Shown piece by piece: positions 44,865 through 54,455 of a stretch of DNA of 64,000 bases; the first letter of the stretch is position 1; every line of letters starts with the position of its first letter. A program made the position numbers and the translations under genes. The DNA comes from Verrucomicrobiales bacterium (GTDB lineage: Bacteria > Verrucomicrobiota > Verrucomicrobiia > Verrucomicrobiales > DEV007). The stretch covers positions 6,426 through 70,425 of the forward strand of contig CBDDAB010000016.1 of the NCBI GenBank assembly GCA_965224685.1. The letters are read 5' to 3'. The notes under the pieces are model-generated. The model saw only the letters and a list, made by a program, of their open reading frames with translations, did not search any database and was not told where the DNA came from.

Positions 44865-46244
44865 ATGCCTTACGATCTCATTGTCATTGGCGGTGGACCC
44901 GCCGGCTACGTCGGCGCGATTCGTGCCGCTCAGTTAGGAAAGAAAGTCGCCTGTGTGGAGATGGATCGCGCCGGTGGCACCTGTCTCAACTGGGGCTGCA
45001 TTCCCACCAAGTCGCTTCTCAAAAACGCTGAACTCTATCACACCCTCAAACATCGCTCCGCCGAGTTTGGCCTCAGTTTTGATAACCTCGGCTATGATTG
45101 GGACAAAGTCATTGGCCGCAGCCGCAAGATTTCCGATCGCCTAGCCGGCGGAATTGAATTTCTCTTCAAGAAGAACAAGGTCGACTATCTGAAAGGCGAA
45201 GCATCGTTAGAAAGTCCTGGCAAAGTCACCGTCACAGGCGCCGACGGCAGCCAGGCCGTTCACGAAACCAAGGACATCCTCATCGCCACGGGTTGCGTTT
45301 CCCGGCCGTTTCCGGATTTCCCGTTTAATGGCAAGACGGTCATCGGCAGCAAGGAAGCCATGGTTCTCGCCGAACAACCCAAGGAGATGATCATCATCGG
45401 CGCCGGTGCCATCGGCGTGGAGTTCGCCTATTTCTTCAATGCCTTCGGCACCAAAGTGACCCTTGTTGAAATGATGCCTAACATCCTTCCCGTGGAGGAT
45501 GATGAGGTGAGCAAGGCGTTAGAGAAAAGTTTCACCAAAGCCGGCATTAAAATCCTAACAAACACCAAAGTAACCGGCACCGTGGATACCGGATCGGGTG
45601 TGGAGATCACCGTTGAAGGCCAAGAGACGGAAACGCTCACGGCTGATACGGCTCTAATCGCCATCGGCGTGGCGCCGGTTCTCCCGAAGGGCGCGGATCT
45701 TGCCGTCGATCGCGGGTACCTCGTCACCGATAGCACGTATCAAACCAGCGCCGATCACATCTACGCCGCCGGCGACATCATCGGGCCGCCGTGGCTGGCG
45801 CACGTCGCCTCTTGGGAAGCCATTCAATGCGTGGACGGCCTTTATGCGGGGAACACACCGCGCAAGGTCGAGGTCTTTCCTGGTTGCACCTACTGTCACC
45901 CGCAAGTCGCCAGCGTCGGCCTCACCGAGCGTGCCGCTAAAGAGAAAGGCATCGATTACAAGGTGGGCAAGTTCCCTTTCCAGGCCAGCGGCAAAGCGTT
46001 GGCCGTTGGCGAATCGGAAGGCTTCGTGAAACTACTCTTCGGTGCCAAGCATGGCGAAGTCATCGGCGCCCACATCATTGGTGCCGAGGCCACTGAGATG
46101 ATCGCGGAGATGGGCTTAGCCATCACGTTAGAAGCCACCAAAGATGATTTGGAGGCCACCATCCACGCCCATCCCACGATGGCAGAGGCCATACATGAAG
46201 CCACGGGACAGGCCTACGGCCACGCCATTCATATTCCTAACTAA
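44865..46244 (+). CDS. lpdA: Dihydrolipoyl dehydrogenase E3.
   Basis: FAD-binding GGGPAGY, redox disulfide GGTCLNWGCIPTK, and C-terminal dimerisation His/Glu region (HAHPTMAE). Confidence 0.9.
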   Translation: MPYDLIVIGGGPAGYVGAIRAAQLGKKVACVEMDRAGGTCLNWGCIPTKSLLKNAELYHTLKHRSAEFGLSFDNLGYDWDKVIGRSRKISDRLAGGIEFLFKKNKVDYLKGEASLESPGKVTVTGADGSQAVHETKDILIATGCVSRPFPDFPFNGKTVIGSKEAMVLAEQPKEMIIIGAGAIGVEFAYFFNAFGTKVTLVEMMPNILPVEDDEVSKALEKSFTKAGIKILTNTKVTGTVDTGSGVEITVEGQETETLTADTALIAIGVAPVLPKGADLAVDRGYLVTDSTYQTSADHIYAAGDIIGPPWLAHVASWEAIQCVDGLYAGNTPRKVEVFPGCTYCHPQVASVGLTERAAKEKGIDYKVGKFPFQASGKALAVGESEGFVKLLFGAKHGEVIGAHIIGAEATEMIAEMGLAITLEATKDDLEATIHAHPTMAEAIHEATGQAYGHAIHIPN

Positions 46245-46282
46245 ACCACAATCCGTTTCCGGCCGCTGCGGCGTTCCTTCCA

Positions 46283-47233
46283 ATGCATCAAACACGCATG
46301 ACACCGCAGCAGATCTACACCGACATTCGGGAGAATGTCTCCAAGGTCATTCAGGGCCAGGAGAGCCTTGTTAGGAAACTTCTCGCGGCTTTTGTTAGCG
46401 GGGGACACGTCTTGTTAGAAGATTACCCCGGCACGGGAAAAACCACCTTGGCCAAAGCCATCGCCAACTCGATCAGTGACGCCGATTTCAAGCGTCTTCA
46501 GTTCACCCCCGACTTATTACCCTCAGACATCCTCGGCGTCTCCATCTTCGATCCGCGCAATCAAGACTTCAAATTTCATCCCGGGCCCATCTTCACCCAT
46601 CTCTTGTTAGCCGATGAGATCAACCGCGCCTCCCCACGCACCCAATCCGCTTTGTTAGAAGCCATGGGTGAACAACAGGTCACGGTTGAAGGTCAGGAAC
46701 ATCAGTTAGCCAGTCCTTTCTTCGTCATCGCCACCCAGAACCCCGTCGAGTTCCGCGGCACCTACCCGCTCCCCGAAGCTCAGATGGACCGTTTCGCCAT
46801 GCAACTAGCACTTGGCTATGTGGATCGCCGGGACGAAGTCTCCATCCTCGCCGCGCAACAAGGCACCCATCCCGTGGATCTCCTAGCACCCTGTGCCAAT
46901 CTCACTGATCTCCGCAATCTGATCCAAGCCGCAGAAGACGTGCGCGTAAGCGAAGAAATCATGGGTTACATCGTCGACCTCGTGGCCGCCACCCGCGGCG
47001 TCCCCGAAGTCCAACTCGCAGCTAGTTCCCGCGCCGCCCTCACCCTCATGAAAGCCGCCCGCTCCCTAGCGCTCTTCGAGGGCCGCGAATTCGTCTCCCC
47101 AGACGACGTGCAAGAACTCGCCGTCGACGTCATCGCCCATCGCCTCGTCTTGGACCCCCAAGCCAAATACTCGGGTGTCACGACTCGTCACATCGTCGAC
47201 GACATCGTTGAACAAACCGAGGTGCCTGCTTGA
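46283..47233 (+). CDS. MoxR-family AAA+ ATPase.
   Basis: Walker A LLEDYPGTGKTTLAKA, Walker B LLADEINRASP. Typical MoxR length of 316 aa. Confidence 0.85.
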   Translation: MHQTRMTPQQIYTDIRENVSKVIQGQESLVRKLLAAFVSGGHVLLEDYPGTGKTTLAKAIANSISDADFKRLQFTPDLLPSDILGVSIFDPRNQDFKFHPGPIFTHLLLADEINRASPRTQSALLEAMGEQQVTVEGQEHQLASPFFVIATQNPVEFRGTYPLPEAQMDRFAMQLALGYVDRRDEVSILAAQQGTHPVDLLAPCANLTDLRNLIQAAEDVRVSEEIMGYIVDLVAATRGVPEVQLAASSRAALTLMKAARSLALFEGREFVSPDDVQELAVDVIAHRLVLDPQAKYSGVTTRHIVDDIVEQTEVPA

Positions 47234-48478
47234 GTAAGCTTGATCAGCCCTCTCCAGCTGTGAGTTGACGCATAACTTAACATGATTTCAAAAGTATAGA
47301 ATTCCTGGATATCTGCTATGGCCGCCCCTACGATACCGGAATGTGCCTCAAACTCGCTCTGACTATCGCTTCAGTTGTCGCGGTTGCACCGTTTCCAGCG
47401 AAATCGCAAGTAAGAATCGACGAAGTGATGGTGCTGAACAAGGGAGATCTTAAAGATCTCTATGGCAATGCCAGTGCATGGCTAGAGCTTCGTAATGATG
47501 GAGAAATTGCTGCTACCTTAACGGGCTGGCACCTTTCGGATCGCACGAAAAAACCTCGCAAATGGGTCTTCCCTGACACCATTCTGGCTCCTCAACAAAG
47601 GCGACTGGTATTCCTTTCAGATTCCGCATCTAAGGAGGGCGAACTCCACACGTCCTTTAAACTTTCCCCTAACGATCCCTGCCTGCTTCTATCCAATTCT
47701 AAGGGCCAAATCATCCAGCGAGTTTCGCTGCCTTCTGAGTTGCCTGTTGGTTATTCGTTTCATCCCCATCGTGAAAAGGGTAATCTCTTCTTAAAAGAAG
47801 CTACGCCTGGCAAACCTAACTCTCAATCGTTTGTGCAACTCGTTTCTAGGCCCTCCGCAAATCTGACCGGAGGTTTCTACCCAACGCATCCTTCTATTAC
47901 TCTTTCCTCCTCTACGGCTGATGCGAAAATTCATTACACACTCGACGGCACGATCCCCACAACTGCTAGCCCCCTTTATAACTACCCTCCCGATTTATCT
48001 GCAAACGTTTCTCTTCGTGCACGAGCGTTCAAGAAGGGTTCACTTCCTAGCCTTGTAACGACCCATACCTATATTGTTCCTCGCAAGGCCCTGAATCCCT
48101 ATCTCACGGGAGCGGCTTCCGACCCGAGTCCAACGTTGATTGAGGATAGTTTAAGAAGCGTTCCGTCTGTGTCCATCAGCTTCGACCCGAACGTAGAATT
48201 TCAAGACGCTATTGAAACACCTGTTTCAATCGAATTGATCAACTTCGACGACTCTCCTTACCATCAGATCAATGCTGGTCTGACCCTGTTTGGAGGCAAA
48301 GTAACTAACTTTCCAAAGAAGAGTTTTCGATTGCATTTCCGCAAGCGTTACGGGGACGGTAAGCTTCGGTATCCACTCTTCAACGATACAAAGATCACCG
48401 AATTCGATGCATTAGATCTCCGTTCTGGCTCTCACGATATGGCCCAAATTGGCGCTTACTTATCCAATTTGTATTTTA

Positions 48479-50125
48479 GGGGATGTCCATCAGATCGTTA
48501 GAAATCGTGGATGGAGGTTAGAGTTAGGCACTGGTTGGTTAGTTTGTCAAGTTAAAGACTTGTGTTAGTTTTAGTTGATTTCGCTCCACTCTTTGGTAAG
48601 CCGATCGCGTCGCCGCAGGAGGATAGGGCAATGCTGGGAAGCAACCCGAGCGCCGCGCGGCTGACCTTATACGCAGGAGGAGTGGAGAGACGGCACGTCT
48701 CTCCCTTCTTTTCTGCCATACTCCTGCGGTAAGTGGGGAATGCGGTAAATCCCGGGGGTCGAGGGGGCTGGCCCCTTGCTTGTAGCCATGGTTGAAGGCT
48801 TTCATTGAGGGGCAGTGTTAGTCTTGGTCGAGAACTTCTCGCAGGTGTGCCATATCCCGCCAACCCGTGATGCGTCGAAACGTGCTCTCGGCGTAGAGTA
48901 GACCGCTTGCTAGGTAGCGATCAGCCATCGTCTTCCGCCCCTCTCGCGTTGCTGTTCGCCAACGATTCACTTTGCTCATCCGACGCCGGATGTTGAGGAT
49001 GGCATTTTCGATGATATTGGTGCTCAGAAGACTGCGGTGAAGACTAGCGTGAACACCTAAATCCTGTAGTGCTGTGATTTGATTCCCAGCTTCTTGTAGG
49101 CTTGATAGAGCAGCGCTGTTATGTCGCTTCAAAAATTCACTGAGTTCATCATACGCTTCTCGTGCCGCTTCTTTCCCTTCAGCACGCCGCAACCGGTTGA
49201 GCAAACGCGCCAGTTCACTGTGTTGCCGTTTAGAGAGATAACTGCGTAGATTGCGCTCTTTATGCACTAAACAGCGCTGGATTACGGCGTTCGGATAGTG
49301 CGTGAGAACGGCTTTCTCCAGGGAATTAGAGCCGTCTAGGAGCGTTAGGAACCGTTTGGCGATGCTTTTAAGGCCTCGCTTTTTGAGGTTTTTGAGCAAA
49401 TCGTTAGCAACTTCGAAACTCTCACTGCTGCCAACACGGAAATCGAGCATCTCTTTGCTACCATCGGCTCGGATGCCCAAGGCGACAATTGCGGTTTGAT
49501 CGCGACTAAGATGCACGCCATCTAACATCAAGACCAGATAGCCTTCTTCGTGCAATGGGCGGGAACGGAACGCTTCGAGTTTCTCAGCTGAGTGCTCTGC
49601 CCATTGCTCGGAGATGGTGCTTTTACTAACGCTGTCATTACTGAGGCGACTGACCCCACGCGTGCTTACTCCCTCAAGCAACAAGCGCATCACTGCCTGA
49701 CTGATGTTGTTGACATCCTTAGCCGCTTCGTAGGACTTGAGGCTGACTTCTTGCTCACTGCCGTCTTCCTGCCGTTGACGGACGCGAGGGCGCTTGATGT
49801 TTTCCTTGCCCCCATCGATATAGCAAATGCCTTGTTCACTTCCCGCGCGGCGAAAAGTGGTAGGGGGCCGGTCCCGGTCGTGGGAACGGCCGCAGAGATC
49901 GTGCACTTCTTGCTGCATGAGCTCGAAGAGGGCGAGGCGCACGGAACTGCGCAGAAATTGGTTGAAAATCTCGGCGCTCTGGCCGGATTCGGACTGGAGA
50001 AACTGTTCTTGGAGTGTTTGAGTATTCATGGATGGTTGGTTTTTTCTTAAATTTTGGTGCCCTTCCCTGTAGGCAGGGCGCCAACCATCCACCATTCCTA
50101 TTTTAACGATCCACTGGACGTCTCC
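48479..50125 (-). mobile_element. IS256-family insertion sequence (copy A, ~1647 bp) inserted in the CotH gene.
   Basis: Imperfect ~28-bp terminal inverted repeats: ggggatgtccatcagatcgttagaaat (48479-) versus the reverse complement of 50098-50125 (cggagacgtccagtggatcgttaaaat). These are flanked by an 8-bp direct repeat GTATTTTA (48471-48478 and 50126-50133). The transposase lies inside on the minus strand. Confidence 0.8.
48818..50029 (-). CDS. IS256-family (Mutator-like) transposase of element A.
   Basis: Signature QRCLVHKERNLRSYL (the Mutator/IS256 'RCxVHKxRN' motif). The start is taken at MNTQTLQEQF, because the longer ORF start (50143) lies outside the element's right end. Confidence 0.8.
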   Translation of the reverse strand: MNTQTLQEQFLQSESGQSAEIFNQFLRSSVRLALFELMQQEVHDLCGRSHDRDRPPTTFRRAGSEQGICYIDGGKENIKRPRVRQRQEDGSEQEVSLKSYEAAKDVNNISQAVMRLLLEGVSTRGVSRLSNDSVSKSTISEQWAEHSAEKLEAFRSRPLHEEGYLVLMLDGVHLSRDQTAIVALGIRADGSKEMLDFRVGSSESFEVANDLLKNLKKRGLKSIAKRFLTLLDGSNSLEKAVLTHYPNAVIQRCLVHKERNLRSYLSKRQHSELARLLNRLRRAEGKEAAREAYDELSEFLKRHNSAALSSLQEAGNQITALQDLGVHASLHRSLLSTNIIENAILNIRRRMSKVNRWRTATREGRKTMADRYLASGLLYAESTFRRITGWRDMAHLREVLDQD

Positions 50126-50683
50126 GTATTTTACTCGAACCATGCTTGACCTAGGCCACGTTGCTCCGCATGGACGATTCGTGCACGTATTCCTTAATGG
50201 AAAGTATTGGGGTCAATATCATCTCCGTGAGAAATGGAACGGGGCGATGTTTTCTTCCTATTTCGGCCATGACGAGGATGACTACGAAGCTATTGATGGA
50301 GATAATCAGGGCGCCGATTTTGGTGATGGCACAATGTTTCAAGGCTCTGGGAAATATTGGCAGCAAGCGCTTGCTATCGCAAAAAACTCAAAAACACCAT
50401 GGCATGATTTACAACCCCTGATTGACCTTCCCAATTACCTCGACTTCCTTCTGCTTTGGTCCACAGGATGTGCAGAACCGGAATTCCAAGCGGTAGGCGC
50501 CCCGGAATTAGGGATTGGCTTTAGGTTTCATCTTAAAGACGCTGATGGTTTTCTGCGTCGCCCTCTACATCGATTAAAGAGCCGCGGGCCAGGTGGTTTA
50601 TTTCACGCATTAAAGCAAGAGAACCACCCCAAGTTCAATGCACTACTACGTGATCGCATCAAGCAGCTCTACCAAGAACCCGG

Positions 50684-52086
50684 GAGAAATGACCGGAAGT
50701 TGTGGATGAGGGCGGTCGGGGCATCATGAAGAGTTCACCTGAAACCAAACAAGTGAACTCCAATGAAAGCCACCAACCACCCTACCAAATCAGCATCGAT
50801 CCATGATCAGCAAGGAGCAAGCCCGGTCTGCCAAAGCGCTCTCGAAAGGGCCCTTCGTCAAGGAGCCCAAACGCTCTTACAGGCCGCCATCGAGAACGAA
50901 GTTGCCGATTACATCCAAGCGCATCAACACCTCTGTGATGACCAAGGTCACCGCAATGTTGTTCGCAACGGCCACCTTCCTGAACGCAACCTTCAGACAG
51001 GAATCGGCAACATACCCATCCGGCAACCCAGGATCGACGATCGCCGACCCGATCAGCGGTTCACCAGTGCCATCCTCCCACCATACCTGCGTCGAGTAGC
51101 CTCACTGGACAATCTCATTCCAGCACTCTACCTGCGAGGAATCTCAACCTCCGAGATGAGTGCAGCGTTAGAGCCGATCCTCGGCGAGAACGCCGCAGGC
51201 CTCTCTCCAGCCAACGTCGTTCGGCTCAAGGAACAGTGGGAGAAAGAGCGCGAACAATGGAACAAACGGGATCTCAGTGACAAGGAATACGTCTACCTCT
51301 GGGCCGATGGAATCTACTTTAATGTCAGGCTCAACGACGATCGACCATGTGTTTTAGTGATAGTGGGTTCGTTGCCCGATGGAACCAAGGAATTGGTAGC
51401 CATCAACGATGGAGAAAGAGAGAGCAAATTGTCCTGGAAGAACCTGCTCTGTGACCTCAAGAAACGGGGACTAAAGATCCCTCCAAAACTGAGCATCGCC
51501 GATGGAGCGCTTGGATTCTGGAGCGCCCTCGAAGAGGAGTATCCCACGAGTAAACAACAACGCTGCTGGGTGCACAAGACAGCCAACATCCTCGATAAGC
51601 TGCCTAAGAAAGCGCAACCGCTAGCCAAGGAACGCATCCATGAAATCTACATGGCAGAAACAAAGAAAGCCGCGCTGGAAGCGTATGACGAATTCCTCAA
51701 GCTCTACGAAGCCAAGTATCCCAAAGCATGCGCCTGCTTGAAGAAAGACAAAGATACATTGCTAACATTCTACGACTTTCCAGCCGAACACTGGCGGCAC
51801 ATTCGCACAACCAACCCAATAGAATCGACGTTTGCAACCGTGCGCCATCGAACTCGTCAGACCAAAGGATGTGGATCAAGGAAAGCCACCCTATCAATGG
51901 TCTACAAGCTAGGCTTGGAGGCCGAGAAAGGCTGGCGTCGACTCAACGGGTATCGACAGCTTGACAAAGTCGTCCAAGGAATCACCTTTGTTGACGGTAT
52001 TGAGCAGCGAGCCGCCGCCTAACCAATCACAGGACTCGATTGGTGTTCCGGCAGCCGCTCTCATCCACAACTTCCGGTCATTTCTC
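50684..52086 (+). mobile_element. IS256-family insertion sequence (copy B, ~1403 bp; a different family member from copy A), inserted in the 3' part of the CotH gene.
   Basis: Terminal inverted repeats gagaaatgaccggaagttgtggatgagggcgg (50684-) and reverse complement of 52052-52086 (gagaaatgaccggaagttgtggatgagagcgg), 31/32 identical. Flanked by a 9-bp direct repeat AGAACCCGG (50675-50683 and 52087-52095). The current CotH stop codon lies inside the left repeat. Confidence 0.85.
50763..52022 (+). CDS. IS256-family transposase of element B.
   Basis: Signature QRCWVHKTANILDKLPKK plus a DDE-like region. 419 aa. Confidence 0.8.
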   Translation: MKATNHPTKSASIHDQQGASPVCQSALERALRQGAQTLLQAAIENEVADYIQAHQHLCDDQGHRNVVRNGHLPERNLQTGIGNIPIRQPRIDDRRPDQRFTSAILPPYLRRVASLDNLIPALYLRGISTSEMSAALEPILGENAAGLSPANVVRLKEQWEKEREQWNKRDLSDKEYVYLWADGIYFNVRLNDDRPCVLVIVGSLPDGTKELVAINDGERESKLSWKNLLCDLKKRGLKIPPKLSIADGALGFWSALEEEYPTSKQQRCWVHKTANILDKLPKKAQPLAKERIHEIYMAETKKAALEAYDEFLKLYEAKYPKACACLKKDKDTLLTFYDFPAEHWRHIRTTNPIESTFATVRHRTRQTKGCGSRKATLSMVYKLGLEAEKGWRRLNGYRQLDKVVQGITFVDGIEQRAAA

Positions 52087-52474
52087 AGAACCCGGATCAG
52101 TTAAGCCTATACTAAATATTGAGCGGTTCTCTGCTATCGTTTCGCAGTCAAAGTTATCAATTACTGCGGAGTGTGTTCGTTGGAAGTTTCGTTCCAGTCA
52201 ATCTTGGCTACGATACAATAGGTACATTCTTGAACACTATCTTACCGTAACTCCATTCTTACCGTGAGAGAAACAAAATTCGGGTACAGACTACAGACCA
52301 TCTTTGAAATTGTATCACTAAGGCATGTACTGGTTCACTGGTTCAGCGAAAAACGGGGTTTTGTGATCTGAGTTTAAGAGACTCTTGTGGGCTCTCTAGG
52401 TTCTGGCCGCTTGCACGCCGATTTACAAATTGCCGAGCGTTAGTCCTCGCGCAGTAAGAGGTATCCACTTACTG

Positions 52475-52837
52475 CTAGCTCTTCCTCCTTACACGAATAT
52501 TCTTACCTAAAAGATTGTCATGTGCAAGATGAAGATTGGCGACCCTTCCCTCCAAATAGCTAATTCTAAGATACCACGCCCCACCAAACGTCTTGTAATG
52601 CCAATGTTCCTCCAACTCTATATTCCGAGTTACTCTTGCAAGAACAAATCCGGAATTGCTCTCGAGAATCTCCTTTGCCTCTCTCTTTGTTAGCCCAGGC
52701 TGCAACTCATCCCACCAGTGAGGCAATTTCATACCTACACAAAATAGCATTAGCGGAGCCGCAATGGTAATTATGCCAGCCACAATGATCACCCAATGTC
52801 GTTGACTTAAGGTCATGAAGGTGGGACGCTTCGACAC
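52475..52837 (-). CDS. Hypothetical small membrane-anchored protein (AT-rich gene).
   Basis: 120 aa with an N-terminal TM helix (HWVIIVAGIITIAAPLMLFCV). It lies between IS elements and its GC is lower than the surroundings. Confidence 0.3.
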   Translation of the reverse strand: MSKRPTFMTLSQRHWVIIVAGIITIAAPLMLFCVGMKLPHWWDELQPGLTKREAKEILESNSGFVLARVTRNIELEEHWHYKTFGGAWYLRISYLEGRVANLHLAHDNLLGKNIRVRRKS

Positions 52838-52856
52838 TAACGTTAGTGTTGCGCGT

Positions 52857-54152
52857 CTAGGAGATTGGTTTATTGGGCGGCGAGTAGGGGCGGCGGGGAC
52901 GCACCTTGCGTGGGTAACTTCGTTCGGGTCTCACTAGGCTCAGCGCCTTGAGCAATCGGTTGCCGAGCAGTTCCAGCAGTTTCTTACTTCGGCTAGCGCT
53001 AGCCACAAAGAGGGCTGCCATCCGGTCCCGCACTAAGGCGAGGCCGCGTTTCACATTGATCTTGTAGGCGTGTTTGCTCTCTTCGCTTGCTTGGTCCACT
53101 TCCGGCCTTTTGAAGAAGGCCAAGGTCTGAACGATGTTCATAAGCAGGATCGCAGCATGGAAGTCTTGTTCGACCGAATGCACCGTTTTCCCCGTCCAAT
53201 TTTCAATCTCTACCTTACATTTGAGCGTTTTGTAGCCTTCCTCGACGCTCCATCGTTTATGATAAATTCCGTCGAATTCTTCGGCAGGATAGGCTACCGG
53301 ATCAATCAAATCGGTGAGTAAGACTTCGACCTCCCCGCTGGATAGTTCCACTCGAATCAGCCGTGCCTCAATGACTTCAGGCAAATCGATACCTTCTTCT
53401 TTCCATTCTTCTTTAACCCAAAGCGGGACTTTGAACTTTACCCGGCATTCCTTGGCTTTGGAGTCCGCAAAAGCCCTAGCTTCTTGCCATTGTCCCACCC
53501 CAACACGCATCACGAAGTGCCCACCTTTGGCCGCAATCAAGGCCGGCAGGAGTTGATCGAAATAACCTCGGTCAAGAATCAGACAATCTCCGGCACGGAC
53601 ATGCTCATCGAGAAAACCTTCTAGGTGAAATTCTTCGCCATGGCCGTAGGGGGTGATGGCACCAGCTACCACCACTTCTGTGAGAACATCGTAGAGCAAT
53701 GATAGGCGTGCCATGGACACAAAGGCTCCTTTGGCTGGCTGCATCCCGCCGAAATGATCGACGATCTCTTCTGAATTGGGCAATCGCACGGTGGAACCGT
53801 CAACCGCTCTCAAGCGCAATCCACGCCAATGGGTGCGTTGAGTATGTCCGGTCGTATGATCCGCGAAGACACGTTGCAGGGTTTGGTTGAGGGCAATGAA
53901 AGCCGAGGCCTTGAGTTTCTTGCGCGCCTTGGTAAAGGCGCTGCCAACCGGAACGTTGTCAGCTTGACCGTCTGCTAGGCGATCAAAGAAGCGTTCGAGT
54001 TCGAGTTGCATAGCTGAGCGCAGTTGCATGATGATAAACCAACAAAGCAAAGGAAATGGCAGTTTGCGCTCCCGAGTAAAGGCCTTTGGAGACTCTTTGT
54101 GAGAAGAAACAAAATGAGGATCGGCTAGCTCACCCCGCAGCGACTCTAGCAA
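52857..54152 (-). CDS. IS4-family DDE transposase.
   Basis: DDE region with LILDRGY and the IS4 hallmark Y-x2-R-x3-E-x6-K (YHKRWSVEEGYKTLK). 431 aa. Element ends not defined. Confidence 0.7.
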   Translation of the reverse strand: MLESLRGELADPHFVSSHKESPKAFTRERKLPFPLLCWFIIMQLRSAMQLELERFFDRLADGQADNVPVGSAFTKARKKLKASAFIALNQTLQRVFADHTTGHTQRTHWRGLRLRAVDGSTVRLPNSEEIVDHFGGMQPAKGAFVSMARLSLLYDVLTEVVVAGAITPYGHGEEFHLEGFLDEHVRAGDCLILDRGYFDQLLPALIAAKGGHFVMRVGVGQWQEARAFADSKAKECRVKFKVPLWVKEEWKEEGIDLPEVIEARLIRVELSSGEVEVLLTDLIDPVAYPAEEFDGIYHKRWSVEEGYKTLKCKVEIENWTGKTVHSVEQDFHAAILLMNIVQTLAFFKRPEVDQASEESKHAYKINVKRGLALVRDRMAALFVASASRSKKLLELLGNRLLKALSLVRPERSYPRKVRPRRPYSPPNKPIS

Positions 54153-54455
54153 AGTTGCGCTATAGGAAATATAGTTATTTTCACGCCATGGTAATTATAA
54201 CGTGAATAGTGTTAAGAGATGATCCCAGTTGGGATGTTCCTCTGTTAGCATCGCTCCACCAGCTTTTCAAGCTTAAGTCAACGACATTGAATAGTAAGAG
54301 ACTCGGAGTTTGGGTCCGTAGCCCCACGAGACGCATCCTCGTAGCGGAAATCAAGTTTACCTACTGTGCCATGTCCAAAATATGTAAATCTGGAAATTTT
54401 ACTATTGCTACAACGGGCGGCACCACTAGGCGCTGTGTTATGTTGGCCAAAAACT

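Larger units (their letters stand above)
47341..52267 (+). pseudogene. Lamin-tail-domain / CotH-family protein gene interrupted twice by IS256-family insertions. The ancestral ORF is reconstructable as 47341-48478 + 50134-50683 + 52096-52267 (620 codons).
   Basis: N-terminal signal peptide plus lamin-tail-like domain (QVRIDEVMVLNKGDL...LELRNDG). The CotH-like core begins at KKSFRLHFRKRYGD. Removing IS256-A plus one copy of its 8-bp duplication GTATTTTA restores ...AYLSNLYFTRTMLDLGHVAPHGRFVHVFLNGKYWGQY in frame. Removing IS256-B plus its 9-bp duplication AGAACCCGG joins ...QLYQEPG to SVKPILNIERF... (frame of ORF 52040-52267). Confidence 0.7.

Noticed and set aside
50142-50143. Transposase of IS256-A starting at 50143, as in the ORF track.
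   Set aside because: That start lies outside the element's right inverted repeat, which ends at 50125. The internal Met at 50029 (MNTQTLQEQF) is the plausible start.
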